Assembly (NCBI RefSeq): GCF_018350175.1
Contig: NC_058385.1
Coordinates: 42,036,001 to 42,100,000 of the forward strand
Reading direction: 5' to 3'
From: Felis catus
Lineage: Eukaryota
Length of the DNA stretch: 64,000 nt
Positions 24,401 to 37,309 of this stretch are shown here, piece by piece. The position numbers and the translations under genes were made by a program. The notes beneath the pieces were generated by a model, which was not told the DNA's origin, made no database searches, and saw only the letters and a list, made by a program, of their open reading frames with translations. Each line of letters begins with the position of its first letter. Positions within the stretch are counted from its first letter, which is position 1.

Positions 24401-26142
24401 AGCTTAGCTTTCTCCTGCTTAGTTTCTGACTTCTCAGTCCAGATGGCCCTCCTGTATCGACACTCTGCTCATCCTGCTTGATCTGCCTTATTTCTCATTT
24501 CTTTAATTATCTCTTTGTTTCTAGGCTAGAGGTCATCACATATTTTTAATCTTTAAAAGTTTCAATTATTGTATTTTTCATTTCTAATATTTCAGATAAG
24601 TCTTTAAAAATCACATGTATTCTTTTTTTGTTTTTATGTGTTTTATAAATTTTTGTTTGCTTTAATAGGATCTTTATTTTTCCGAGCATCCTAAGAACGC
24701 TTATTTTTTGTGAAATAATTCCATACAGTTATTTCCACCTGCAATAAATTTCTGTTCATGTTTGTTGGCTAACTTTCTTAGTATTAGATTTCTTGTGTTT
24801 TAGAATTTTGGTTTGAGGATTTATTTTAAGTGGGAGCTTTTGCTGTTTCTTTTTTCCCTTGGTGTCCAGTCTGTTTTGTTTTGTTGCTGTTCCATTTTTG
24901 CCTTTATATGTGGGCTACCAGGCTTTAAAACTGAGCTTTGATGATAAACTTGGTTCCTTGTCATGAAGCTCTGTCTCTGAGCTTCCATTTCCCTCAGCTT
25001 ACCGCTTCTTATGAAGCTATAGTCCAATGTATTCGGTCAGTATTTTTTTATTTTTTGACTCCGTCAGTAATCAAGGGAACCTCAGCCTTATGGCTTCATG
25101 CAAAGAACCTGGCTCCATACCTACTTGCAGATGGAACACCTTTAGTTCTTATTACCCTGTCTCACTTCTGGCAGCTTTGGGCTTCTGACTCCAGCAGGCC
25201 CATAGCTTCAACCTAGACTTTAGATTTTTTATAGACGTTTTGAGCCTACATATGTCTTAGGATTTTATCCCTTTCTGTTTTCATCTATTATTTGGAAGAG
25301 AGGCGAAACCACATCATGAAGCTATCTTGCCTGGGAAGCCTATTCTTATTTTTTAATGTATAATTCTCTGAACCATGAGCCTAGTGTAATGGGATTTCCC
25401 TATAACTTTTAGCCACATGGAACCTCTTAGTCATGCCTTTGACTTCTGGAAGGCAGGAATGTGCAGTCTTTCACTTAATATTCTTAGTGTTGGAGGGTCT
25501 TCCTGCTGCAGGATCAAAGTGTACTCTTAGAGGATTGACTATATTCAGAGTACAGAAGATGGCGAAAATCATTTATCTTGCAGGTTATTCCAGTCTATAC
25601 TGAGTGCCCACAGATGGGCTTAGGAAATCTCTCTTCTCGAGTCCTTCCTTCCCTACTACTTCTTTCTCATGATAATCTCTGCATTTCCTAAGGTTTCCTC
25701 TTCCCAGCTTCTGTTTGTTCCTCTCAGTGGAGCTGGATGCTGGTGGAGCTGGTTGGCGGTGATTCTGTGTGTGCTTTGGGTCTTGCATGGAGAGGGGAGG
25801 TCATAAAGAAAAGTGGCTGTTCCCAAATATTCTGAGAGTATAGCTCTGGTATGTTATTTTGTTAAATGTCTTGGCCTTTTCCCCCGGCATTTCAGAGACC
25901 CTCTTGATTATGCTTTGAGGCCAGGTTCCCTGGAAGGAGATGGTTTTGCTTCCAGTTCCAGAAAGGGGGTATGAACCATCCTTCGATACTTTCCTATGAA
26001 CTCCATGAAATTCCACAGAATATATACCTTTTGGGAAACTGCTGCCCCCACTCTTAGTTTTTAGACTCACAAACTGAATCTAAAGTGTCCATTGAAACTT
26101 CTAACCCACCCTACAAAATAGAGTCAAAACAGGAAACTTCTT

Positions 26143-27046
26143 TTTTGTTGTTGTTAAACTTTCCAATTAACATAGCTTTATTTTTTTTAATATGAAATTT
26201 GTTGTCAAATTGGTTTCCATACAACACCCAGTGCTCATCCCACCAGGTGCCCTCCTCAATCCCATTACCCACTTTCCCCTCCCCCCGACCCCCATCAACC
26301 CTTAGTTCTCAGTATTTAAGAGTCTTTTATGGTTTGCTTCCTTCCCTCTCTGTAACTTTTTTTCCCCTCTTCCCCTCCCCACTGGTCTTCTGTTGAGTTT
26401 CTCAGGATCCACATATGAGTGAAAACATATATGGTATTTGTCTTTCTCTGCCTGACTTATTTCACTTAGCATAACACTCTCCAGTTCCATCCATGTTGCT
26501 ACAAATGGCCAGATTTCATTCTTTCTCATTGCCAAGTAGTATTCCATTGTATATATAAACCACATCTTCTTTATCCATTTGTCAGTTGATGGACATTTAG
26601 GCTCTTTCCATAATTTGGCTATTGTTGAAAGTGCTGCTATAAACATTGGGGTACAAGTGCCCCTATGCATCAACACTCCTGTATCCCTTGGGTAAATTCC
26701 TAGCAGTGTTATTGCTGGGTCTTAGGATAGATCTATTTTTAATTTTTTGAGGAACCTCCAAAGTTTTCCAGAGCAGCTGCACCAGTTTGCATTCCCACCA
26801 ACAGTGCAAGAGGGTTCCCATTTCTCCACATCCTCTCCAGCATCTATAGTCTCCTGATTTGTTCTTTTTAGCCACTCTGACTGGCATAAGGTGATATCTC
26901 AGTGTGGTTTTGATTTGTATTTCCCTGATGAGGAGTGACGTTGACCATCTTTTCATGTGTCTGTTGGCCATCTGGATGTCTTCTTTAGAAAAGTGTCTAT
27001 TCATGTTTTCTGCCCATTTCTTTACTGGATTATTTGTTTTTTGGGT
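26143..27046 (-). mobile_element. 5'-truncated felid L1 (L1_Fc-like) with ORF2 C-terminal remnant
   Basis: ORFs 26663-27004 and 26302-26676 match the L1 ORF2 Cys-rich C-terminus ([22 protein letters not shown]; TPMFIAAL...); perfect 16-bp TSD aaacaggaaacttctt at 26127-26142 and 27047-27062. Confidence 0.96.
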
Positions 27047-29384
27047 AAACAGGAAACTTCTTGAGTACTTCTGAGTAATCGACTGATAGGCACAAATAGA
27101 ATCTAATTAAAAGCATATATTAAAATATAAAAGGATTATGACAGTAGTAGAATCACCTGATCATTTCAAGATAGAAGACTTCAAGTTATGTAGGAGTCCA
27201 TTTTATTTCTCCAATAATTTCAGGGCCTAATGTGGTAAATACATGAGGTTATTTTACTTTAATTGAAACACAGTTCATTTCAACTTTTGCAGTTCTCTTA
27301 AATAAAATTTGTTTGGTACTTCCAAAGGCTGGAAACTCTTTGTATTTCTTGCCCAGTCAGGTTTTCTGTCTGTCAGAGGGTCAGTTTTCTCAAGCTGTCT
27401 TTGGAGGTCAGACAATCTAATGTCTGAATTTTCTTCCAGTATTCAGATTTTATTCACTTTGCTTCTGATGGAGAGCTTCTCTTTAGAGAAGAAAGTTTCT
27501 CTTTATCTGCAGCAGATAAATGGCCTTTTTGACCCATGACACTGGTAACTGATCATCTGCTAGAAGGAACTGAGAAGGGAGGGCATCTAAGAGTAGGAGA
27601 GGGACCATACTCCGATGAGGAATTCGTGAATTCAAAGGCCTCGGTGACCTGTAAGACCCTGTCCCAGTTTGGGTGGTTCCTAAAAATAGACCATATTGTA
27701 ACGACACATGGATGTTTTATAGTCCCATTTTTCTAGGTATGACAATATTAATTGAACTGTCAGATTGCTGAGGACTGAGCTGCTGGGTCCAAATATTTGG
27801 AATTACAGCGAAAGAAATTCCCAAGGGGTCAAGGCAGCTGGACTCAGTGTGGAATGCAAAACTCCTAGGGGTAGCTGCCTGCCTGCCTGCCTTTATCTGG
27901 TCAGAGATTCCAGGGAGCTGCTGGGCTCGTTCATGCTTGAATGATTATATTAAGAAGCCTGGATCTTGCAGAGGTGTCTCAGGCAAACATGTTGTATGCA
28001 CAGCTGGTTCTGTTACCTTAAAATACCAGTTAGCCTTGAATTAAGGCTTTGATGAAAGATGTCAGTGTTGATCTTGGGAAACTCTCTACACATTAATTCA
28101 AGAGGTATGTTAGCCAGAGTTTGGGGCATAGGTTGGGGATGTACTAAAAGAGGAAAGGGAAACAAGGCATTATTTTCCATGTTATCTGCCTCTGGATGGG
28201 GAAAGGTGTCAGACCTTGCCACCTTCTGAAATTGGGGGCGGGAGTTAAAACACAGATTACCATTGATTTCAAAATGTTTGGTTCATTCAGTAATGAATAT
28301 AGCATTCAGCATTTTCTCCATGGGCATGCAGCAGTGGCAACTCTATAAGATACAAGAAGGGAATTAATTAATTCTTGGTCTTGTAAATAGCAGCCTGGAA
28401 TTCTAACTTCCCAGGATCCTCTGAAGAATAAATTCATTGAGTCCAGTTTTTGCAACTGTCATGAAACCACTTAAAAATTTTATGTTTGAAAACCTCACCC
28501 AAATTTGCTATTTAAAAATGTTCTGTGGTGTGGAATACATGTGCCATAAGGAAACAATCCTGGAAACTTGTCATCCAAGGTAGGTGAGTTCTAGCCTCTG
28601 TCCAGTTGGTCTAGGAGAAGTACCATTGTATGGAAATTTTAAGTAATGTCTAACTGCCTGCTTCTATCCAGAAAGCTGTTGGGAGGGTGAATATATCCTT
28701 TCCCTTTTTTCCATGCATTGTCTCTATCCCCCAAGTTGAGAGTTATCAGCCCCACATTGACCCTAGACCTGTCTGTCTGTTCACTATTGTCTCCCTTCTA
28801 AATGAGATGATATATGTAAAATTGCTTTGTAAATTGTGAGCCCATTCTCAGTTACTCTTTTTGTTGCCTTCCTGTCTTTGTTTACTTTGTTCTCTTAATT
28901 TGGAGTCACCTGCAACCCTCAGTGTTCATTCAGAATCTCCCCAGTTTTCTGAGGTTGGCACATAGCTACCTGCAGCTAACCAGATGCTCAGTAAATACCT
29001 AAGTAATAAAAGTTTGTCTCAAGACCCAGCTTTTTCATAAAACATCTCCAAGTCATCTCCTGGTAATGTGCCTATAAGGTGGCTTCCTAAGGTGAGTATG
29101 GGTACAGTCACCATCAGCAGGGCCACCATTATCTAGAACTCCCACCTGCTCTGTGCTCTCTGGAGCTCTTCCTTTGCCAGTTACATTGTGTTCAGGGCAG
29201 GTGTAGAAAGCATGGCTATGTTTTCTTCTCTGTTCCTTTTTGCTTTAAGGGTCTGAAAACAGTTTTGCTTTTTTTTCTTAATTTCTCAGTGAGAGTTCAA
29301 AGAAAACACAGCTGTATGTTCTTGACTAACATTTCTCAATCACCTTATAATTTAGATAAATCCACGTTCGGGACATTGTGCTGT

Positions 29385-29505
29385 ATTCCATCCATTTATT
29401 CATTCCAGAAGCCATTTACTGGAACTTCGAGGTGTCTACCATTGAGCCAGATACTTAGAATACAGTGGTGATAAGGTAGATAGAGTCCTTGCTCTCAGGA
29501 AGTTA
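29385..29505 (-). mobile_element. L2 3' tail
   Basis: 'ccatttattcattc...atacagtggtgataagg...gtccttgctctcaggaag'. Confidence 0.6.
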
Positions 29506-31094
29506 GAGATAGGGTATTGAGACTTTGTGTGTCTGCTGCTTTCATTTTTAGGTGTTTTCCTTAAAAGATTTCTCAGACTCTCAGCAAGTAGACTCTTGGC
29601 ACGTCTGTTTCACTTTTCTCCCAAGTGAGGCCAGGCAGATTTAATGGGGCTGCGTTTCACAGCTGTCTTGATTAGAGGACATGGTGGGCATTGAGGCAGG
29701 GAGGGAGTCTCCAGCGCTTTTGTTCACTCCCTTCAGAGATCATGTGCCTGGGGCTTACCTTTCCACACTAATTCCTGCCTTTCTGAGTATTAGGACTGCC
29801 ACCGTTGGCTTCAGGAGGTTTATAAAACTTACGAGCTATTGAATGGGCCTTGTCCATCTGGGACAGTTTAGATGGACCAGGAAGATTCTTGAGTGGTGTG
29901 TGGCTTTTGGAAGAAGTGCTCAGAGGCAGAAATGAGGACAGCTAAGATGTTCAGCACAAGTGATGAAGATGCCCATGGGAATGGTGACTGATAGTCTGCA
30001 GCTCTGGGCTCAGCCACCATATGGATCCTTGGTGCTGGTGAATAACCTTCTGTTGGGTAAAAGACTGGACCATTTTTCAAAGCTGACTCAGTTCCTTTTG
30101 GGGGTCCTTCCAGTTCTGGCCTTCTCAGCATAAATTCAGAGTTTTGTCCAGGTCAAACATCCCCCCCTTCCTAGGCTGGGCAGCTTTCCTCTGGTCTCAG
30201 TATATGCTCTCTGATTCTTCATCTGTTTTTCCCTCAATTTATTAATTTGAGTAATTTCTCAATGAGGGTGCTATTGGAATTGGAATAATTAATTAATGCC
30301 CCCACCAATATTTCCAACTCAGCCTCACTTCTTACCATCATCATGCTTGAGGGGGAAGTGTCAGATTTGTCATAGATCAAAACTAGAAGCTTATAAACTC
30401 TAAGCTTTGCTTCCTTTATGGTTTAGCTTTTAATTCTCAAAAATCTTATTTGTTAAAAAAGCTTGTTCTTACAACACAAAACTTTTGGACTTTCCACATT
30501 CTTGTTTCTGTTATGAATTTTTAACATCTATGTTGAAACTTCAGAAATTGAACATGAAAAGTTAGGGGTTTTTCTTGTTTTTGTTTTTGTTTTTTCATCT
30601 CTGCTATAATTCTACCTGGGTCAGTGAATGGGCATGGGTTCTAGTGAGTGGTCCTGGTGTCTCCAAAGAAAGTCTTTGTTTAAAGTTTTCAAATTTATAT
30701 CATCTATAGCATTGCAATTTGTCCTACCTCCTACTGTTTTAATCAAGAGAGAAACACAGCATGGCTCTTTTAAGATATCTAAAGCTAACATTGAAAAGCC
30801 ATTGTTAGGAGAGAGGGACACTGATTTAGAAAAGAGATGACTATAGGCACCTTTAATTTGAGATCAACAAATCTGTAGCAGAAGGCAAGGACAACTTTGG
30901 AGCAAATTCGGAGCAGTTGAGTGTCCTAATTATTCAGAAAAAGCTAAATATATCATTAGAAAACTCTGTGAAGTAGATAAGTAAATCATGAAGGAAGATA
31001 TGTGAATGGCCAGAATGCTTGCCTCGCTTTACTAGAGACTGAACAATCAGAATGGCAAAAAGTAAACAAAAGAGTCTATTAATACTAAGTCATC

Positions 31095-31278
31095 AGGGCG
31101 CTTGTGTGACTCAATTGGCTAAGCATCTGGCTCTTGATTTCAGCTCAGGTCGTGATCTCATGGCTCATGGGATTGAGCCCTGCATTGGGCTCTGTGCTGA
31201 CAGCATGGAGCCTGCTTGGGATTCTCTCTCTTCCTCTCTCTCTGCCCCCCCCCATCTCCCTTCCTCCCTCCTTCCTTC

Positions 31279-31312
<34 letters not shown>

Positions 31313-31572
31313 AAAATGAATAAATAATGGAGCGCCTGGGAGGCTCAGTAGGTTAAGCAGTCGACTTCAGCTCAGGTCATGATCTCGCAGTTTGTGGGTT
31401 CAAGCCCCACGTCGGGCTCTGTGCTGACAGCTCAGAGCCTGGAGCCTGCTTCAGATTCTGTGTCTTCCTCTCTCTGACCCTCCCCTGTTCATACTCTCTC
31501 TCTGTCTCAAAAATAAATAAATGTTAAAAAAAATTTAAAATAAAAAAAATGAATAAATAAACATCAAAAAAA
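31095..31572 (+). mobile_element. older Can-SINE (host of a nested SINE)
   Basis: Diverged head, long (CT)n; tail resumes at 31561; flanked by aatactaag at 31081-31089 and 31573-31581. Confidence 0.9.
31328..31544 (+). mobile_element. Can-SINE nested in the tail of the previous SINE
   Basis: TSD aaaaatgaataaataa at 31312-31327 and 31545-31560. Confidence 0.92.
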
Positions 31573-32148
31573 AATACTAAGAGTTGTCAAGGTGGGTGGT
31601 GGGCATTTGCTTACTTTGCTATTAGGATAGTAAACTTGGTGTTCCAGAACATTTTGGAGTGCAGTTTGACAATAGGTATTGAAATCCTTAGACAATGTGT
31701 GCGCTCAAAAAGAGTATTTACTTATTAAATCAGTTTCACTCTGGTATGCACAAAGAATGTATATAACAGTATTCTTTATAATGGACAAAAACTAGAAAAC
31801 CTGTAAATGTAAATTAGTGGAGGATTGGTTAAATTAACGGTCACCGACCATGATAATGTTGATCTTTACTGATCAGAAAATGTAACTATCATGTGTTCTT
31901 TAAGGAGGAAAAAAAAAAAGACTATAAAGAAGAATGCATAGCCTTACCATTTGGTAAAAATTTTAAAATGATACATGCATATGTATGTATGGGAAAGGTT
32001 TAAAAGCGTATACACTAAAATGCTATCTCTGGGTATGAGATTATAGGTGATTTTTGTTCTTTTATATTTGTGTTTATTTTCTGAATGCTTAAAGAGAATA
32101 ATCAGAACAAAAAGAAGTATTCTTCTTAGGAGTACAGTTTCAGTTATT

Positions 32149-32150
<2 letters not shown>

Positions 32151-32198
<48 letters not shown>
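32151..32198. repeat. (TG)24 microsatellite
   Basis: Direct reading. Confidence 0.97.
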
Positions 32199-32203
<5 letters not shown>

Positions 32204-32681
32204 CATGATCAATAGCTGGAAAATGGCTGGAAGAGGTGAGACAGTGATACATGCAAAGTTCCTGGGACAGCCCTGGAAACCTAAGATAGTGACTTTCTTT
32301 CTGGTATTAAGAAAAAAGACAATTTAATAAACAGATACATGGAGATTTTATTTTAACTTTTGTTCTTCCCATTATAGGAAGGTATTTTCCATACTATACT
32401 GATGTTTTATTTTCCTTAAGAGAGTATGATGTATTTTGATGTCCTATGGAGGTAGTGGAGCATGTTTGTCTCTGTAGGGCTACTTACACTTTTTATCTTT
32501 CTAACAGCATCAAAATGGAAACCGTCCTCAAAGGTAGCAAAACTGCCTTATGTTCATTATCTTACAAGAGATCTGAAAAGGTGGAAGGGAGCATTTCCCT
32601 AAGATAAATTGGAAGAGAATGAACCCCAGGATGGTTAATCTAGTGTGGTTTAGAAGTCTAGTTTGATGTTACCTATTTTTT

Positions 32682-32759
32682 TTTTTAATATATGAAATTT
32701 ATTGTCAGATTGGTTTCCATACAACACCCAGTGCTCATACCAACAGGTGCCCTCCTCAA
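32682..32759 (-). mobile_element. extremely truncated (~80 bp) felid L1 3' tip
   Basis: Near-identical to 26188-26260; TSD tgatgttacctatttttt at 32664-32681 and 32760-32777. Confidence 0.92.
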
Positions 32760-34154
32760 TGATGTTACCTATTTTTTAAATGACAGAAATAAGCACAGCG
32801 AACATGGCCTTACCTTGGTAGGTCCACAGTCAAGTCTGTGTTTGGATCTATCTACTTTCTATGTGCAGAGGAGCCAAACCTCACAGACTCAGCAACAGGT
32901 TGTTTGTATGTGAGAATGGTCAGAGATTGTAGGAGGGTTATCAGAATTATTATAAGTCTCAAAATAGAACCATGTCTTACAGACTCGTTTTATCATTTTT
33001 ATGTGAGGAGGACTCTAAGGCTTGCATTGTTTCCTTCCTTTGGTGAATAGATCGCTTTGCCAGTTGCTTTTGTGAATGTATTTCTGAAAAGTACAAGAAA
33101 ATGCTGTGTTTGGTTTAAGTAGCAAGCAGGTGAAACATTACTCCTGCAATTTCATTAAAGCATTTAAATTTATTTCCCAAACCCACGTTAATATCAAAGG
33201 GTAAAGTAAATCTCAGCACATAATTAGTGACTTTATATATATGATTTTAATTTGATCATTAAAACATGCATGTATAATGGTCTCTGAGCTCTGCAGCCCT
33301 ATTTCTCTTCCTTGACCCTGCCAGCCCTTATTTCACTCCAACTCTGTGCAGTGACCTCCGCCCCTGCCAGCCTTTTTGTCTGGCCAGGCCCACATATGCG
33401 TAACTGAAATATCATGAATTCCAGATGAGTGGGATCCAAATTTGTGAGGTTATTCTATATGCTTATTAATTCCACTGCCCCACACAGGTGGAAATGTGGT
33501 TTTGAGAGATGTTGGATACTGAATTTTCCCCACGCATTGCAAGGATGGAAAAAACATGTGCTAAATAACTGAGCTGACCGGCTGCAAAACCCGGAGTACT
33601 CAATAGCTCTTAAATTTTTATAATGGCCTGCTTACCTTTGGTGGTCTCGTTACTAGGCTTCGGTAATTGTACTTTGGGACTCTGGCTAATGGTGGAAGCA
33701 TGAGGTAACCTTGCTTTAAGATTTCTTAAATGAGTTAATACCTGGGAGGTGCCCTTGCCCTCTTTCACCCATTAAACAGCGTTTCTTTGTCTTTTAGCTT
33801 ATATTAAATTCACTGAAGAGGACAAAAGAGGTTCTAGAGGGAATAAAAAAAATGTACTGGACTGAGATTTTAAAATACACCTAGTAAACGTCAAATCCTG
33901 CATCCAAACTTCTGATAGGAATCTAGGTGGTAGTCTGCATTATTTGTTTGAAAGAACACCAGGTGCCATAGATGGGAACTGTGTGTGTAGATGGAAAATA
34001 AGTTGGAAAAACTGAGTCAGCATGATGGCAAATAGTAGGCCAAAGATGGCTTTCTTTTGAAATAGGTAATTGAAGCAAAGTGCTTTTAAAGTTTCACTCA
34101 TCTAATTAAAAGTCCCAATTATTCATTTATGTGAAGCTGCCTTTCTTTCTACAT

Positions 34155-34370
34155 TCATGGTTAAGGATATCAGTTCTGGGGTCAGGCTTGCTGTGCTCAG
34201 CTCGAGTGGAATGTGGGGTGAGTCGTTCACTTTGTAAGCCCTAGTTTCCTTATCTGGTTAGTGGGAATGGCAATAGTATCTGTTTCATAATGCTGTTAGG
34301 TGGGTTAAATGAAAATTCTTACAAAATATTTAAATAGTATAATGCTGGAATCAATACATATTGTTAACTT
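34155..34370 (+). mobile_element. MIR
   Basis: 'atggttaag', 'agtttccttatctg...gggaatggcaatagtatc...gggttaaatga'. Confidence 0.75.
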
Positions 34371-34531
34371 ATGGATGCTTTGCTGTCTATAGATGGTGTT
34401 ATTTCTGCTCTAGACTTGAAGGATGTGATGTATTTTCACATAAAATAGATCATTTGATCCTTCCCACTGTCCTTTGAGATAGGCAGGACAGGGCAGGGAT
34501 TTTTATTTTATTTATTTTTTTTATATCACAT

Positions 34532-34932
34532 TGTATTAGGGAAGGGTAGGCTACAGTAATAGGCCACAAAGCTTTAGTGGCCCAGTGCAATCAGTGTTTT
34601 TTTTCCTTATGAAATAGTCCCAGTAGGGTATTTTGGTTAAAGGTCAAGTTTTCTTTCACAGGGTGATCCTGGGATATATTTTCCAGCTTTGCCATCTTCA
34701 GTGTGTGGTTATTTAGGTCTCCACCATTAACCACATCCAGTTGGTGGGAAGAGAAAAGGGGGCACACCAACTTTTTGGCCTGAAAATGGCACACGCCACT
34801 TTTGTTCATATTCTGTTGGCTGGTCACATGGCCCTGCTTAACCACAGAGGAAATGGGGTTATGTACTCTAGCTGTGTGCCCAGGAAGAAGATGAAACAGA
34901 TTTATGGCGAACAGCTGGCAGTCCCTGTCACA
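34532..34932 (-). mobile_element. MaLR solo LTR (MLT1J-like) inserted in a MIR
   Basis: TGTATTAG...TGTCACA ends, 'ggtcacatggccctgcttaac', 'ctagctgtgtgcccaggaagaag'; MIR halves on either side (34400-34531, 34933-35045). Confidence 0.78.
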
Positions 34933-35795
34933 CACCCAGTTAACCGGATGAAACTGAAATCCAGGGAAGCTGAAATGATTTGCCCACTGTGGCACAGATA
35001 TTTGTAGCCATTGTCCAACATGTTGGGATCTAATGTGAATCCAGCTAGAGTAATAAGTGGGGGGCAATGAAGAGGGTATAGAAGGAAAGGAAGAGCTGAG
35101 GTAATAGAGGGTCAGGCTTATATTAGGCCTGGCAATGCCCCACCAAGCACACTCCCTGGGGACTCTGCTAGCAGCTTTGTTGTTTAGTGTCCTAGGAGAG
35201 CTTTAATTTCTACTTTGCTTGAACTTCTTGCTGTTTCTTGTCCCCATTTGTAGATGCCTGGTGGGCCACTAGTCCTGGTAAGAGTTTCAAATTGCCACTG
35301 AGATAAAACAATAGCACCTCTTCAGCTGCTATTGTTGCAGTCACCCTGGCTGCAGGCTCAAGGAGAAAAACCTTGAATCAATTTGTCTTGTGGAGGCTGA
35401 GGGGTTGGCTGCCTGCCCTTCACAACTTGTTAAAATGAACACTTAGACTCTGGGAGGGGGTGAAGTTAAATCTGTGGGGTGATTCTCACCCCATGATCCT
35501 CTCTGCTGATTTTTTAGGTTCTACGATGTCAGTGTCACAGTGTTGGGAGTCGGGGGGAGCACTGAGCCTTCCATCTCTTTCTTTCCCACCTGAAATGCTT
35601 TTGAAAACACTTCAAGTTGGCTGGAATTTTGCCCAGAGACTTTTTCCTCTCCCAGCCGGACTCAAACACACTCCCAACGTTGTTCCTTTGGTACAAGAGT
35701 CTCAAAAGACCATAACTCCTCCCTTTCTCTGTGGGGTGATTAATACCCAGGTCACATATGCTTCAGACGCACTGTGGCAGGGGCTCCCCCTCTAC

Positions 35796-36031
35796 NNNNN
35801 NNNNNNNNNNNNNNNNNNNNNNNNNNNNNNNNNNNNNNNNNNNNNNNNNNNNNNNNNNNNNNNNNNNNNNNNNNNNNNNNNNNNNNNNNNNNNNNNNNNN
35901 NNNNNNNNNNNNNNNNNNNNNNNNNNNNNNNNNNNNNNNNNNNNNNNNNNNNNNNNNNNNNNNNNNNNNNNNNNNNNNNNNNNNNNNNNNNNNNNNNNNN
36001 NNNNNNNNNNNNNNNNNNNNNNNNNNNNNNN
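35796..36031. other. assembly gap
   Basis: N run. Confidence 1.
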
Positions 36032-37309
36032 ACGCAGCGCCAGTGGGTGTACAAACAGGCCGCCTGTCCTCTTCTCCCCGCCCCTGCCACCCCTTCCTGT
36101 CTCAGTCACTGGGAGTTTAGAAAACAGGTTTTTGAAATTGTGTTAATTTTCTGGTTTGAGATAAAGACAAGGGCATCAGCAGCATTATTTATCATGGAAT
36201 CCAATTTGAGGGCCACAGGGATGTGGAGAAGTAGATGGTGAGGTGCATTTATACTGGGGAGTAGGGAGAAATTTGTCCCTGTCTGCCAGTGAGGACATAC
36301 TTCTTAAAGAAGGGGCAAGAAAATTATACTAAGTAACTTGATGTTAAAAAAAAAAATCTGTTTTAAAGTAGCTTTCCCGACCTCTAATCGATTTTTCATA
36401 GCAGAGGTGAGCTGGTTAGTAGTAAGAAACTGTCTTCCTGTATTTTTACTGGAGACCCCTCTTAGGATTTGCCCCACAGCTTAGGGGCTGCTTACCCTGT
36501 CCACTTGCAGCCATGGCCAACTTGTTTCTCTTTGAGCAAATTAGTCCAAGATATTAACATTTGTCTACATAGCAAATTTTACTGAAGTTCATGGTTTTAG
36601 GAAGTATTAGAAATATGAGAAAAAAAGAACTGCACCAGCTAGGGTGGATTGCACTTCTCCCCACTGTTGGGCACCTTAGAAGTTGCTATGGCTTTGGAAA
36701 CACACCTGGAAGTCTCCAGGAACACAGGTTTATATATTTTTATAAATCCCTTTTTGTTGGGAGAGGGAATAAGGATAATAGTAATGTCTTTAGCTATTAA
36801 AAACTCAGCTCTGCTTGAGAAAGAGTGCATTAGTTTCTTTAAAACTGATTTTTAGAAACAAATCTGTTCTTCATCAAATCAAGGTGATTTTCAAAAATGG
36901 GATTATCCTCCAATAGATAACAAACTGAATATAAGAGGCAAATACTCTTCCTGGCTATTTCAAGACATAACTTGATTTCTTGTGTGCCCAATTTGGAAGG
37001 GTATATGAAGGATGGTTGTGTATGGATGTGTGTTGAGTATGGAAGGGTTTTATTATATACTTATCCTATCAGAAACTTGCCAAATATTCCTCAGTTTGAA
37101 AGACAGAAAAAACAAACTAGGATGGACAATGATTATAAGTATTATTTTAATTTATACTTTTCTGTGGGCCAAATAATTGTGACAGTGAAGGGGCTTTACG
37201 AGCAAGTTGCCCAATGTCATGTTCTGCCTGTGGTTGGGGGAGGGTATGTAGGGTCAGAAGGGACTGGGATGAGGGAGTCATACTTTCCCCCAACATCTGA
37301 GGCATGTTG

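Larger units (their letters stand above)
30970..32110 (+). mobile_element. old L1ME-like 3' fragment interrupted by two SINEs
   Basis: 'gaagatatgtgaatggcca', 'agtttgacaata', 'gaggattggttaaa', 'tatctctgggtatgagattataggtgattt'. Confidence 0.65.

Noticed and set aside
29089-29097. Strong donor AAG|GTGAGT
   Set aside because: No convincing upstream acceptor or open frame; isolated donors are common.
34591-35067. 158-aa ORF, among the longest gap-free ORFs in the track
   Set aside because: Lies within an MLT1 LTR and MIR, begins at a non-ATG codon and shows no protein-family resemblance.
35460-36241. Long ORFs of 105-228 aa
   Set aside because: Artefacts of reading through the N-gap.
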